Virus record (IMG/VR): IMGVR_UViG_3300012988_000016 | Span: 186,001 to 250,000 of that record | Length of the DNA: 64,000 nt | Reading direction: 5' to 3' (one strand) | Part shown: positions 26,130 through 36,900 of the stretch, one piece after another | Layout: the number at the start of each line of letters is the position of its first letter | Numbering within the stretch: the stretch's first letter is position 1 | Position numbers and translations under genes: made by a program | Notes under the pieces: model-generated | Seen by the model: only the letters and a program-made list of their open reading frames with translations | Databases searched by the model: none | What the model was told of the DNA's origin: nothing

Positions 26130-27158
26130 ATGAAACGCTTCCTCCTTGCATTGATTCTAGCTGCACTGTCATGCAGCACCTCTAACCCTAGTTTGGTGGT
26201 CCAGCCCAATGGTGTGGGTGGGGTGGGCGGAACTCTCAACACTACAGCTGGCTCGGCGGGCTTGTGGACCCTAGCTCAGGCAGGTCTGATGCTAAATGTG
26301 TCAGATGGTGGGCAAGCAGGTCAAGACGCCGGCACTAAGCCGATCGAGATCATCACTGAGTTGCCAGACGGATTCACCTCTACCGAGATAGGGGGATACC
26401 GGTTGGGAGATCCGTTGGATGTGGGACAGTCGGGCGCCCCTTCCTTGCCCGATGACGACTGTGCCAATGTGATCACTGGTGTGTCGAGAGACTTCCGTTC
26501 CGATCGTCCAAACAACCACCCAGACTTTGAAGTGTTCGCCGGTAAGACGGTCTCTAGTGGGATGGTGGCACCCAACCTGGGGGACGACCAGAAGCCGGTC
26601 TATACGGGTGTGTGCGAGGTAGGGGCTCAGCCTACATGTCTGAATGGTCCGCAGACCACCAGCCAAGCCAACTTTGACCAATGGTACCGATCTGCCAACG
26701 GCTTGAACCAGCCCTACTTGGTGCGGATCTGGCTCGCCCCTCAACCATCCGGCCTGTTCAGCTTCGAAAGCTTGTTCTACTACCCCCTAGATGGGGCAGG
26801 GTTCAAAGACACCGGCCTGGCGGATGACCAGAAGCAGCACAACTTTGGCTTCACGACCGAGATCCACACACAGTTCCTCTACAAGGGTGGCGAAGTGTTC
26901 CAGTTCAAGGGGGACGACGATGTGTGGATCTTCATCAACCAGAAGCTTGCGGTCGATCTGGGCGGTTTGCACCACGCTCAAGCGGCCACCATCAGGCTGG
27001 ATGATGCGGCCCCTCAGCTGAGGATCGAGACAGGTAAGGTGTACAGCTTAGACCTGTTCCACGCCGAACGACACACCAATCAGTCGACTTTCCGCATCGA
27101 TTCGAACCTGTCGTTCGTCAATTGTGGGACGGTCGTTCCTGAACCCCCACCCAGGTGA
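26130..27158 (+). CDS. Fibro-slime family (PA14-domain) lipoprotein
   Basis: Lipobox-like LAALSC; RDF...HPDFE, NFDQWYR, HNFGFTTEIHTQF and FKGDDDVWIFINQKLAVDLGGLH. Confidence 0.88.
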   Translation: MKRFLLALILAALSCSTSNPSLVVQPNGVGGVGGTLNTTAGSAGLWTLAQAGLMLNVSDGGQAGQDAGTKPIEIITELPDGFTSTEIGGYRLGDPLDVGQSGAPSLPDDDCANVITGVSRDFRSDRPNNHPDFEVFAGKTVSSGMVAPNLGDDQKPVYTGVCEVGAQPTCLNGPQTTSQANFDQWYRSANGLNQPYLVRIWLAPQPSGLFSFESLFYYPLDGAGFKDTGLADDQKQHNFGFTTEIHTQFLYKGGEVFQFKGDDDVWIFINQKLAVDLGGLHHAQAATIRLDDAAPQLRIETGKVYSLDLFHAERHTNQSTFRIDSNLSFVNCGTVVPEPPPR

Positions 27159-27176
27159 TTGGTGTAATTAGGGGAG

Positions 27177-28532
27177 ATGACCCAGAATGTCTCCCAATAC
27201 GCCCATCTGACCTTCGTTTCCCTGCTCAAGGCCTATCAGCAGGAGAACCCTAAAGAATCCGTACATGTGTGGATGGTAGAGGGTTTGACGACGGCGTTCC
27301 GGAAGCCTACCCTCAAAGGGGTCGCTCTAACACGTATCAAAAAGCTGATTCGAGATGTGATTCTCGAAGACCCTACATGGCTTTTGTTCAATGTGCTGCA
27401 CAACACACCTTTTACTGGAAGGTTGATGTATCTAGCACAGGGCGCCGAACCACCAGCCCCAAAGTCCAAGGCCCCTTCTTGCGGTAGCGAGTGGTTCATC
27501 GATACTCTGGCGAGCTTCTTCGAATGGTACGGCCAACCTCCTAACGAATTCAATCTAGCACGTGTCCACAAGCTTTTGGCCAATTGGGCTGAGCAGTACA
27601 CCATCTTGGTTGGCCAAAAGCCCGACCATAGCGTCTACATGTCGAGGTTCAAAGAGGCGTTTGAACCGATCAACCGGCACTATGGGAGCCGAATTCGGAT
27701 CAGCTATCAAAGGAAAGCACCAAAGCCCGAGCAGTTGAGCCTGGCGTTGCCTGACCCTAAAGATGCTCATCTGGTTATCGAACCGATCGATGACGGCCCA
27801 TTACCGGTTGAGGAAATGCCCATCATCGATTCGGCGCCTGTTGAGTATACGTTGCTGTCTATTGATCAGCAGCCAGATTACCAAGCATCTCTAGCCAAAG
27901 CTTGCGACAACATCTCATCTGTCAGTATCGTCAAAAAGAAGGGGCAGGTGTTGGCTCCCGACGAATACGACATCTTCCTAGGTCAGACCAAGCTTTTGGA
28001 CCTCTTGGTCAATGGTCCGATCGAGTTAGATCGTCAGCAGGACGAGAATGGGGAGTTCTACGATTGGCGAGATTACGCCCCCATCTTCACCAAATGGCCC
28101 ATGGTGGGGATCCGTGGCAATTACTTGATCTTCTGCTCGGTCAACCACCATGACGAAGAAGGACGGATGGTCCATCTGGGCGGCCAGATCCAGATTGAGG
28201 GAGGGAAGCCGATCTCTCAACGCAGCTTGGACAACATCCTGCACATTCAAGCTGTCACAAATCCAAAGCCTCACTGTTACGTTAACCGAATCAAGCTTCA
28301 GCCTGGCATTACTGGCAAATGCTGGATCAATACTGAAGGGTTCCGAGACATGGAGGGTTCACACAAGTGGTTTGTCGTCACCCGAAGGGATGATCCCAAA
28401 CCAGTGCCGGGGAAGATCGCTCTCGGGATGAACCCCGAATATGTTCTTTGGCTGGTACCGGAGTTCGTCCATTTGATGCATGTGGCGGAGTTGAAAAAGG
28501 TCCAATCGGCTGTTATGATCCGTCTCCCATGA
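27177..28532 (+). CDS. Hypothetical protein (451 aa)
   Basis: Long ORF; GGTGTA 10 nt upstream. Confidence 0.7.
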   Translation: MTQNVSQYAHLTFVSLLKAYQQENPKESVHVWMVEGLTTAFRKPTLKGVALTRIKKLIRDVILEDPTWLLFNVLHNTPFTGRLMYLAQGAEPPAPKSKAPSCGSEWFIDTLASFFEWYGQPPNEFNLARVHKLLANWAEQYTILVGQKPDHSVYMSRFKEAFEPINRHYGSRIRISYQRKAPKPEQLSLALPDPKDAHLVIEPIDDGPLPVEEMPIIDSAPVEYTLLSIDQQPDYQASLAKACDNISSVSIVKKKGQVLAPDEYDIFLGQTKLLDLLVNGPIELDRQQDENGEFYDWRDYAPIFTKWPMVGIRGNYLIFCSVNHHDEEGRMVHLGGQIQIEGGKPISQRSLDNILHIQAVTNPKPHCYVNRIKLQPGITGKCWINTEGFRDMEGSHKWFVVTRRDDPKPVPGKIALGMNPEYVLWLVPEFVHLMHVAELKKVQSAVMIRLP

Positions 28533-29176
28533 CGATCAAATGGTCTGAACTTTCGGTCACCGAGCTGACTCACGCCCTGAGAACGTTGCCTCGCATGATG
28601 CTATACAGCTGGATCGTGCGAGAAGAGGGATGGACCAGAGCCTCGGTTTGGGAGTATGCTGAAGAAGGTCAGCGCCCGCCACTCATCATCAAGGACGGTG
28701 GATTATTTAGGTCCTATTGGGACAAGGATGGTCTAAGGTTCGAGTCTCTCAATGAAGCACAGGCCCATTGGGATGCTGAATGGATAGAAATTGGATGGCA
28801 GCTGATCGACTCAGAGGACGGATCTTCCACCCCGTCTCCGCCGCCATCGCTTGATTGGGCTAGTCTGAGCCCTATCGAGCTAGCAGGAGCCATCCGGACC
28901 ATCCCACGCCTGATTGCCTATGCCTGGACGGTGGACCGACAGGGGATGTGGGTCAGGTGGGACGTCGAGGAATACGGATGTGCTCAGGCGGCCTGTATCG
29001 TGGAAGAGGACGGCCTCTTCAGGGGGCCTAGCCGTGACCATCTGACGGGCCTCGAATATCCCAAATTCGAGACGTTGGAGGCCTGCAAGCAAGCTTGCGA
29101 CAGAGAATTGGTCAGCCGAGGCTGGCTATTGAACGATTTGGAAGCGAGGCCGCCCGATGCCCAAACTGACGATTGA
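28529..29176 (+). CDS. Hypothetical protein with internal two-fold domain duplication
   Basis: WSELSVTELTHALRTLPR...GWQLID is repeated as WASLSPIELAGAIRTIPR...GWLLND. Confidence 0.7.
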   Translation: MTIKWSELSVTELTHALRTLPRMMLYSWIVREEGWTRASVWEYAEEGQRPPLIIKDGGLFRSYWDKDGLRFESLNEAQAHWDAEWIEIGWQLIDSEDGSSTPSPPPSLDWASLSPIELAGAIRTIPRLIAYAWTVDRQGMWVRWDVEEYGCAQAACIVEEDGLFRGPSRDHLTGLEYPKFETLEACKQACDRELVSRGWLLNDLEARPPDAQTDD

Positions 29177-29519
29177 GATCGACTACCCGCCGAATCTTTC
29201 TGCACATAACGCTGATGTGGTGGTTCAATCGCCCCTCTTCCGAGCTTACGTGAACGATGAGCTGTTGGCCTGTATCAAAAGCCTTCAGCTCAGTGTGGGG
29301 CCTTTGTCAAACGTCCCGACTGTGATGGTTTCCACCACTCATGAGGATTCGTTGGAAGGCGTCAGTGAAGATCTAAAGGCTCGCCTTGGCCGCTACAGGG
29401 AGCTGTTGGAAAGCCTGGGTCCTTATGTCATGCTGGCCTACGACGGCTTGACTCCTAGCGCTCCGCTAGAACCAGTGGAGCGTCGATCGGCCTGGCAGCT
29501 GATCAAGGATGGGGACTAA
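29157..29519 (+). CDS. Hypothetical protein with shared C-terminal motif
   Basis: Ends VERRSAWQLIKDGD. Confidence 0.65.
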   Translation: MPKLTIEIDYPPNLSAHNADVVVQSPLFRAYVNDELLACIKSLQLSVGPLSNVPTVMVSTTHEDSLEGVSEDLKARLGRYRELLESLGPYVMLAYDGLTPSAPLEPVERRSAWQLIKDGD

Positions 29520-29595
29520 TCCTTGATCAGCCAGTCAGCTCGACCTTTCGGTCACTCTTCACGTCCTTGACGGGTCTAAAAGGGGTTTAGAGCGT

Positions 29596-30369
29596 TCACG
29601 GCAGGTATGACAGCCCATATTGGACCCGACGGGACCTCAGGACCGAGAAATCGACCGGCTTGTCTTCTTTCTCCAGATACCTTTTGGTGATGAGAAAGTC
29701 TGCCAATGAACGGTCAATTTGACTCTTTGACATCCCATTGAAGTATGGGATGATGGCTTGCAGGAGATGGGTTGGCAGGAAGGAATCTCCTTCGAATCGG
29801 TCAGTGATGTGCTTTAGATAGGCGGCCGCATCTTCCTTCTGAGAGTCGCGTTCATCCAACACATCCATACGATCTCGCAGGCGTGGGGGAAGCTGCGGTA
29901 GCTCTGACAAGCCGATGAAGATCATCTGGAAACACTGTTTGTCGTTCCAGTCCCTGAGGTCCAGAAGTTTGCTGGTCAGCAGTTGGATCTTCGGATCGGC
30001 AAGCAACATATCGCCATTGGGGATGACCAGAAAGCACACGTCTTGACCAAGATCTCTGGTCAAAAAGCGCTCCAACACCTGAGACAATTCAACCGTGCGA
30101 AGGACGTTATGTTGACGATCTTCAGAGAGAGATTCTTTGTAGACCCCTCTCTTGCCCAGTTCTGCCGATTCCCTCAAATATTCGGCTGTCGTCAACTCCC
30201 CAAGATAGACTGAAGCCATCAACGGGTGTTCGCAAAATACCCTGAAGGGGTTGTTACTCATCTTGAGGGTCTCATCCAGATGCTTGACCAACGCCACTTC
30301 GTCGAAAACCCTCACATAGGAGGCAGGGTTGAGGGTTCGGATCACATGTTTGAGTTTTTCGTATGCCAT
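29596..30369 (-). CDS. Possible inactive AAA+ (Ycf46 N-terminal-like) domain protein
   Basis: YVRVFDE..., CFLVIPNGDMLLADP and MIFIG...LPPRL..MDVLD pattern; no Walker A. Confidence 0.4.
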   Translation of the reverse strand: MAYEKLKHVIRTLNPASYVRVFDEVALVKHLDETLKMSNNPFRVFCEHPLMASVYLGELTTAEYLRESAELGKRGVYKESLSEDRQHNVLRTVELSQVLERFLTRDLGQDVCFLVIPNGDMLLADPKIQLLTSKLLDLRDWNDKQCFQMIFIGLSELPQLPPRLRDRMDVLDERDSQKEDAAAYLKHITDRFEGDSFLPTHLLQAIIPYFNGMSKSQIDRSLADFLITKRYLEKEDKPVDFSVLRSRRVQYGLSYLP

Positions 30370-30377
30370 CTGGATCC

Positions 30378-31004
30378 TTACACCGGATCAGATCCTAGGT
30401 GTTGCCAGAGGGTTGGACGGTCGATTGGTGCCGAGGGAGCGGCCGGTACGACCGCCCTAGTGGGGGCAACAGGGTATGCTTCGTCGTCAGCATCCGTCGC
30501 CATAGAGTCATTCCTGTGGTCATCCATAGGGATAGGGCTACCGCCCACATGTTGGATAAACGCCTGCATAAGGTCGTCTCGAAGACGCTCCTCAACAGCG
30601 AGCGACGGATCGGTCCAGCCATGTGTGAGGATCGGGTTACGGTTACGGATCCTTCGTCTCAACGCCATTTCAAAGTACTGGACCAATAATGAGGGGTCAT
30701 CGACGGGCCTTTGGAACAGCCTACCCCCATCTCTGAACTGATAACGCCACATACCATCATCACCCAGAAACACCCCCACCTCCCTTTCATCAGAGGAATT
30801 TTGGACCGTTATCCGAAACCTAATCTGACACCCATTATTGACTATGTGGAATCCGTTTCCCTCCACATTCTCAAGAGGGACCCCCATCCTGACCACTACT
30901 TCTTGCAGCAACGCTTCCACCTGTGGTCGGCACCTAGCTTCAAGCTCGGTTGAGCGTTCCATACGGAATTTGGCCAATTCATCCAGATCGGTAAAAATAC
31001 TCAT
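30378..31004 (-). CDS. Hypothetical protein with shared C-terminal motif
   Basis: Ala/Pro linker, then IDRPTLWQHLGSDPV. Confidence 0.65.
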   Translation of the reverse strand: MSIFTDLDELAKFRMERSTELEARCRPQVEALLQEVVVRMGVPLENVEGNGFHIVNNGCQIRFRITVQNSSDEREVGVFLGDDGMWRYQFRDGGRLFQRPVDDPSLLVQYFEMALRRRIRNRNPILTHGWTDPSLAVEERLRDDLMQAFIQHVGGSPIPMDDHRNDSMATDADDEAYPVAPTRAVVPAAPSAPIDRPTLWQHLGSDPV

Positions 31005-31228
31005 CAGATCTCCAGGTCCGCTGGGCGTTGTCGATACACCAACTGGCAGGATTCACAATGCCAGCCAAGGATGTGGTGCTGTTGTGGGGGCCCTCCATAT
31101 TTGGGACCTAGCGGGCCATGCCGGATCCCTATCGTGGCCACCACTTTTCCGCTACAGAGGCGGCACACGCCTGGTTTGGGGGCGTACTGGCCACGTAGGC
31201 GACGTCGGTCCTCCATATCGTTCTTCAT
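31004..31228 (-). CDS. Small Zn-ribbon protein
   Basis: CRLC...CESC. Confidence 0.55.
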   Translation of the reverse strand: MKNDMEDRRRLRGQYAPKPGVCRLCSGKVVATIGIRHGPLGPKYGGPPQQHHILGWHCESCQLVYRQRPADLEI

Positions 31229-31818
31229 GGGATTGGAGTCTCAGGAGCGATTAATTGCCAGAGGGATGTCCGTGAGGGCGTTTCTGTTTGTGCCTCAGGT
31301 GCGACTTCAGGTTGAAGATCTGCCACCGCTACTTCAAACTGTTGTTCTTCCAACAGTTCTTCAGGAGTGGCACGGCGGTAAGTTTGCAAGAATTCAGAGA
31401 TTGGCGGTCGATCTACCGACATTTGCTCAACGCCTTGTCGTTGTCTGGACTCTAGACTGATACTGCCGATTGCGACAAAGTTGATTCTCCACACGCCATT
31501 GAGGGAGGGGTCTTCTGACGGCACCCTCCGCACGACAGGCATTCTAGGTCTCAACCAAGCCATTTCTTCAAAAGTACCCAAATACTTGGCACCATACAAC
31601 AAAGCTTCAATTGGCTCCCACCAATGATTGGGGGGATGACGGGACTGCGGTTCCAGTGCCTCGTAACGAATGACATGCACCTCACGTTCTCGGACATCCA
31701 ATATCTGGACATTATCCCACAGAAATGCAGCCTGATTTTGCCTCAACATGGCCCAAATCGTATCCACCAACGTTTGTGGGTCATCCGAGAAGCCTTGAAG
31801 ACGTTCATTCAGTGGCAT
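31225..31818 (-). CDS. Hypothetical protein, local paralog family
   Basis: PQTLVDTIW...VQILDVRERE; ends SRTSLWQLIAPE. Confidence 0.7.
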   Translation of the reverse strand: MPLNERLQGFSDDPQTLVDTIWAMLRQNQAAFLWDNVQILDVREREVHVIRYEALEPQSRHPPNHWWEPIEALLYGAKYLGTFEEMAWLRPRMPVVRRVPSEDPSLNGVWRINFVAIGSISLESRQRQGVEQMSVDRPPISEFLQTYRRATPEELLEEQQFEVAVADLQPEVAPEAQTETPSRTSLWQLIAPETPIP

Positions 31819-32410
31819 GGGGTTCCTTCAGCAAATCCCATGCAGATATTCGTGAGATGGGTGATGATGGTTCAAGGCTTTCTGGAGGGATTGGTCCTGA
31901 ATCTGGAGAGGGCAAGGGCCGTGCCAAAAATTGGTTTAGGTGCTCTCGGTAAGCGAGGTGTTCCTCTCTAGTAGCCGGCCTATATGTCGTCAGAAATAGA
32001 TGCGTTCGACAATTTGCGCCCAACAAATAGTCTCTACCAGATGGTTTGTCTCTAAACCATACTGAATTTCCGTGGACACCTTCGATCTGCCAGGTTCGTC
32101 GAAGTTCATCCTCAGTAGCTACTATAGTAGTGACCATAGCGCCTGAAATAACCCACCCTGCTTCCTGATGGGTTCCTATATAGACACCACCCCATACGAT
32201 CGATTCGACTACAACCCACCAATGAGTAGGCTCAGTACGAAAATTCCAATGGACAGCCGTCAACACCACATGAGCTCGACGCTCTCTAACGTCCACTATC
32301 TTGACATATTCGGTATTCAGGCCGTCGCCCACATTGACCACCCAATAGGTATCGACCAATGTCTGAGGAGTGTTCAAGAATTGGTGACGTTGCTCTTCAC
32401 TCAGGGGCAT
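31805..32410 (-). CDS. Hypothetical protein, local paralog family
   Basis: Start moved to ATG 32410; PQTLVDTYW...VKIVDVRERR; ends SRISAWDLLKE. Confidence 0.7.
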   Translation of the reverse strand: MPLSEEQRHQFLNTPQTLVDTYWVVNVGDGLNTEYVKIVDVRERRAHVVLTAVHWNFRTEPTHWWVVVESIVWGGVYIGTHQEAGWVISGAMVTTIVATEDELRRTWQIEGVHGNSVWFRDKPSGRDYLLGANCRTHLFLTTYRPATREEHLAYREHLNQFLARPLPSPDSGPIPPESLEPSSPISRISAWDLLKEPHATE

Positions 32411-32421
32411 GAACCAACATC

Positions 32422-32437
32422 TACACCGCTCGGTGTA
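32422..32437. promoter_or_regulatory. Back-to-back GGTGTA motif pair
   Basis: TACACC-GCTC-GGTGTA between divergent starts 32410 (minus) and 32448 (plus). Confidence 0.65.
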
Positions 32438-32447
32438 GGGAAGCTGG

Positions 32448-33173
32448 ATGAAGGTCCGTTCCAATCTGTCGATTGACGAACAGGTAGAGCTACAGTTGCG
32501 AGCTAGCCCAAAGAGGCTGGTGGGGTCTTGGTGGGTGGTGTCGGGCACCTTGAGGAAGGTGGTACATCTAACTAAGAAGCGAGTCATCATGGTGATGGCC
32601 AGCAATATAGAGGCTGAACCTTTGAAGATCCCGCTGCATCAGCTCTTCACAGATGAATGTATCTTCCTAGGATATGGTTTCATCCGTCCGCACCAGTTCG
32701 TGACCGATGTCAGAAATGGCTGGATGTTTCGAACCGATAGATACGATCCCGAGACCATTTGGCTAGATCTGGTTAGCAGCAACGCCACCTCAACTTTGCT
32801 CCAGCAGTCTAGCTACGATCTGCCAGGGGTCTATTGGGTACGTATCATGGATTTCGTGCAGTTTTTTAGAACCGTGCCAAACCAACTGGATGGGGTCAAC
32901 CAATGGGAAAACATCCGTGCGGCATACGCGGACCGATTAGGGAACTTGGATCAGCTATATAGCCAGGATCGAGATGCGACGACATCCCAGCGGACTGTCA
33001 CCTATTATGCGTATTCAATCCCTATTCAGGTGTCGCCACCATTGACGTCTGTGCCGACGCCCGCTACCCCTACAGAACCAGCCTCAGAACTGGTCAGACC
33101 TACTTTTGCGGATCATCTGTTGGGGACGGAGAGTGCGTGGTTGGTTCCTCATCAGGATGGATCAAACCCATAG
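32448..33173 (+). CDS. Hypothetical protein, local paralog family
   Basis: SPKRLVGSWWV; Pro/Thr linker, then VRPTFADHLL. Confidence 0.65.
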   Translation: MKVRSNLSIDEQVELQLRASPKRLVGSWWVVSGTLRKVVHLTKKRVIMVMASNIEAEPLKIPLHQLFTDECIFLGYGFIRPHQFVTDVRNGWMFRTDRYDPETIWLDLVSSNATSTLLQQSSYDLPGVYWVRIMDFVQFFRTVPNQLDGVNQWENIRAAYADRLGNLDQLYSQDRDATTSQRTVTYYAYSIPIQVSPPLTSVPTPATPTEPASELVRPTFADHLLGTESAWLVPHQDGSNP

Positions 33174-33269
33174 GGTCCACCATTTTGGACAGCGTTTGAG
33201 CTAGAGGAGGTAGGCTATCGAACATCTCTTCTAAGGTCTGAAATGCTCTAAGTCTCTCATATTTGTCCA

Positions 33270-33572
33270 TCAGTCCTCCACCTGCACCAAAAGGCCGAAC
33301 ACGTTGTCGGCACGGCACCAACCGTTGACGTGACCCTTGTTGTTGCTGATCTGATATCGGCCGTCACTTCCGACGGCCGACACTAGGTGGAGCCATTGTT
33401 TGCCAGCAACCTTGCACAGCACCACGTCTCCCACCACCAGCTCACGGTTGACCGGACACAACGTTACCAACTGACCTGATTGGATCAAGGGCTGCATCGA
33501 ATTGCCCCGAGGGCGAAACTTGACGGTCTCGCCTGCTTGAAGCTTCTGGATATAGGGTGTGGCCCAGCTCAT
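33270..33572 (-). CDS. S24/S26 peptidase-like domain protein
   Basis: PRGNSMQPLIQSGQLV...GDVVLCKV...HLV. Confidence 0.7.
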   Translation of the reverse strand: MSWATPYIQKLQAGETVKFRPRGNSMQPLIQSGQLVTLCPVNRELVVGDVVLCKVAGKQWLHLVSAVGSDGRYQISNNKGHVNGWCRADNVFGLLVQVED

Positions 33573-33880
33573 TGTGGCTTGAAATCCGACATCACAACCG
33601 AAACCTCATGATTGATCCCTAAGCTCCAATGTCGACGGATTTCGTATGGGGGCCAAAGTTTGACCGCTACGAGTGAACGTCCGACCAAGATGTAGTACTC
33701 GTCCAGCGAAAGGTCTGTCACTGAGACATTCCAAAGACGAACTTCTGAGGATTCTTCAGCCACCATCTCGAAAGTCAACCCCTCACCACCAGTGACATGG
33801 CTCGATTGGATCAACAGCCTGGTGGGCACCTCCGGGTCCACTACCCAGGCTTTTAGGGATTCGAAGAATCTGAGAATCAT
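33569..33880 (-). CDS. Hypothetical protein
   Basis: GGTGTA 10 nt upstream (33891-33896, minus strand). Confidence 0.6.
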   Translation of the reverse strand: MILRFFESLKAWVVDPEVPTRLLIQSSHVTGGEGLTFEMVAEESSEVRLWNVSVTDLSLDEYYILVGRSLVAVKLWPPYEIRRHWSLGINHEVSVVMSDFKPQ

Positions 33881-33900
33881 GCTTGACCCCTACACCGCCG

Positions 33901-36900
33901 TCATTCCTCATTGATCAACGCCCAGAGCTGGCGACCGATCGACATACCGCTGTAGTGCTGAGTCCCCACACCAGCAGCCGCCAGCATGCTCTCATTGTCG
34001 AGACCATCTGTCGAGACCGCCACCTCTACCTTGCGCATCAGCAGATCATACAGCTGTTGTTGGAGTGAATCCATGTAGACAAGGAAATGGATCCTGGTGT
34101 CGAGCTTTTGACCGACACGATCCACCCGACCAACCGCCTGACGGAAAATGTGGGGACTGCATTGGGGGTTCTCCATCCAAATCTCAGTGGAGAAGTAGGT
34201 CAGAACGTTGAGACCGGTGCTGATCCCCTGGGGGTTGGCGACCAACACCCTAGCCTGTTTGCTGACAATCTGTTTCTCGATCCATGCTTGTCGTTTGCCA
34301 GGAGGGACCGCATCAGCGTACAGGACGGGAGCCTTGACGCCCAAATGTTGCTCAATCAGGCGGCTGATTCGTTGCAGCAAATTGGTGTGCCAGCCAAACA
34401 CCATAGCGTTTCGACCCTCAGCCAGCTCGGCTTTGAGGAGCTCCAACATCTTCTCTTCCTTGGCCGACAACATCTCGGCTGGGAATTGCTTGCCGGTCGC
34501 CACCAGCTCTCCCCCAACTGATTCAGGGTAGCGGATCTCGTACATTCCCTCAGCATTGTTGCCCACATCAGCCGAGCTGCGATCCAGGTAGCTGGGCAGT
34601 TCAGACAATTGCCCGAACAGCTTGCCCGATAGATCGGGCTGAAACTGATCTTTCTTAATCTGCTGTTTGAGTGCCGAAAGCAGATCCTTGTAACTGCCCA
34701 ACAGCTCAGCCGAAGCCTCCACCGCGTGTTTCTCAACCCTGCAGGGCGGGATATCGATCGCCAGGTCGGCCTTGTGGAGTGTGACCGCAATAGGCAGCAG
34801 GTGACGGAATAGGAACAAGGGAAGGATGCCAGGAGCATCACCGGCCGTCCGTTCATTCCGTTGAACACGGTCCGATACTGCCCCAAACGCCACCACCTCA
34901 CCTGTCTCACGATCCTTGTCAGAGAGGACTCGCTTACGGTAGCCATATCGGTCAACGAACCGTTGCTTATCTGCTCGGCCAAACTCCTGACGGAAGCTAG
35001 GCGAAACGGCCCACATGTTTTGGTAGAGCGATGTGGCGTAACCGTTCATCGCACTGCCGGTCATGAGAATCGAAGGGATCCCTAGACCGGTTAGACGGTG
35101 CGCCGCCATACCTTGTGCGGACGAATCAGAGCTGTATTCGTGACTTTCGTCAAGTAACAACAGGTCAAAGAAATTGGGCCGATACTTGGCCAAATGGTTG
35201 GCCAACGCCACTCGACGAGGCTCAGGAACCGCCTGATAGAGCCGTCCCTCGCAAGCAGGCAAAGACGATACCTTACCGGCTACAATCAGCTTTCGGAGAA
35301 TCGCCTCCGCCAATGTCAAACTGTTGGGTTCCAACCCATCAAGCTGAAGCTTGCCATCAACCCAAGTGATCTTGCCCAATCGGCACGTATATCCCCAAGA
35401 TTGTTTGGTGCTGGAGTAGAGGGACGCCCAACTGGCGTTTCGGAACGTATCGTCTTGCTCAAACGATAGCTGCAGGTCTGAACCTTGCTCCAACAACATC
35501 ACCAAACTTCGGGCCGCGTCTGAGAGGGCATAAGACTCCCCCGAATCGGCCGCCAATTGGCGAACCATGCGGGCAATCCGCTCTGGATTGTAGTCGGCCA
35601 GCATCAGCCGGCCAAACAATTTGAGCAAATTGGCATCTTCGGGGTCTTTCAGAAGCCGGCTGTAGACCTTGGGCAACAAGGCTTCGACCCATTCGGATTC
35701 GAACCGCCACTCAGGTTTCGGTTCCACCTTTTGCAGCTGATCCAGGATCCGCTGGGAATGTCGACTGGGCAACATGGTCCTGACTTGATGATTGTCAGGA
35801 CTGTAGGACATCAACCGAACAGCCAGCTTCTCGGCTTCGAAGCCCAGCCGCCCTTTGATCACGATGCCTTGATGTTGGCAAGTCAACCGCTTCTTGACGA
35901 TATCTTCCTTGGGAAGCGGAGCTCCGCATTTGGGACAACTACCCTCCACACTAGCCCAGCCATGACCCAACTTGGCCGCCTCACGAGACATGATGGCGAT
36001 CAGCTGTTTGTCGGCTGGGACGGTCGACAGATCGTCCAAATCTTGGAGATCAGCCAATACCCTCACCTCAGCGTCAGGCAGATTTAGTGCAGTTTCTTTC
36101 CGCCATGAGGCCAATAGATGGGGCGGGCAGATCACAAGGGTCCTATGGGCGATCGTTTGACTAACGGCCAACGCCACACTGGTCTTACCAGACCCGATTT
36201 CCCCCAACAGCTTACCATTCTTGAAACGGCGATTCTTGCACTGATTACCCCCCAACAGCATGATCAACGCTTTGGCGGTATGTTGCTGAGCACTAAATAG
36301 GGGGCGAGCTGTGGGCTTGAGTTGCACCCGATCAGCGTCCCGCTTGGGGTCATACAAGACAGGGCACTGCTGAAGCATCACCTGCATTAAGCTTGGCCCG
36401 TAGTGCTCCAACAAATCCTCGATCGACATCTGCTCGACATCAAGCGAGCTGGTCTTACCTAGCTTGGTTAGAGTTGTGTACTTCTTAGTCTTCAGATCCA
36501 AGATTGTGGTCACCAACTTGGGTTGCTGAACCTGTGTCACAGAGGTAACTTCCCCTGATTTGTTGGTTTTTTCCTCAACCGTCACAAAGTCTCGGTCGAA
36601 CACCCCCTTGACCAATAGGTCCGGCAGCCCCTGTGTGATGGGGGCAACTCGCCTGCCATTGAACAGTCCGCTAGCAATGCCGGCTGCAATGTGGGCGGGC
36701 CGTGGAGGAGTAGCGAGCTGATAGGTGCGGAACATCAGCTCCGATAGGGGCAGTGTGGGCATGATATGGGGGACCGCACTAAGGCCTCCCACCCTAGCGC
36801 TTTGCTGCCACGGACGGATCTTCCGCATCAATCCCAGGCGATCAAAATCTCGCATCCGCCAGTCGATCACATGATAGCCGCCCGTCTGTGGAGGGGTGAA

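Noticed and set aside
29575-29591. TCTAAAAGGGGT resembling a second anti-repeat
   Set aside because: Only ~9-12 nt match, it lacks the repeat-5'-end pairing, and it is explained by a small TCTAAA/TTTAGA hairpin between convergent genes.
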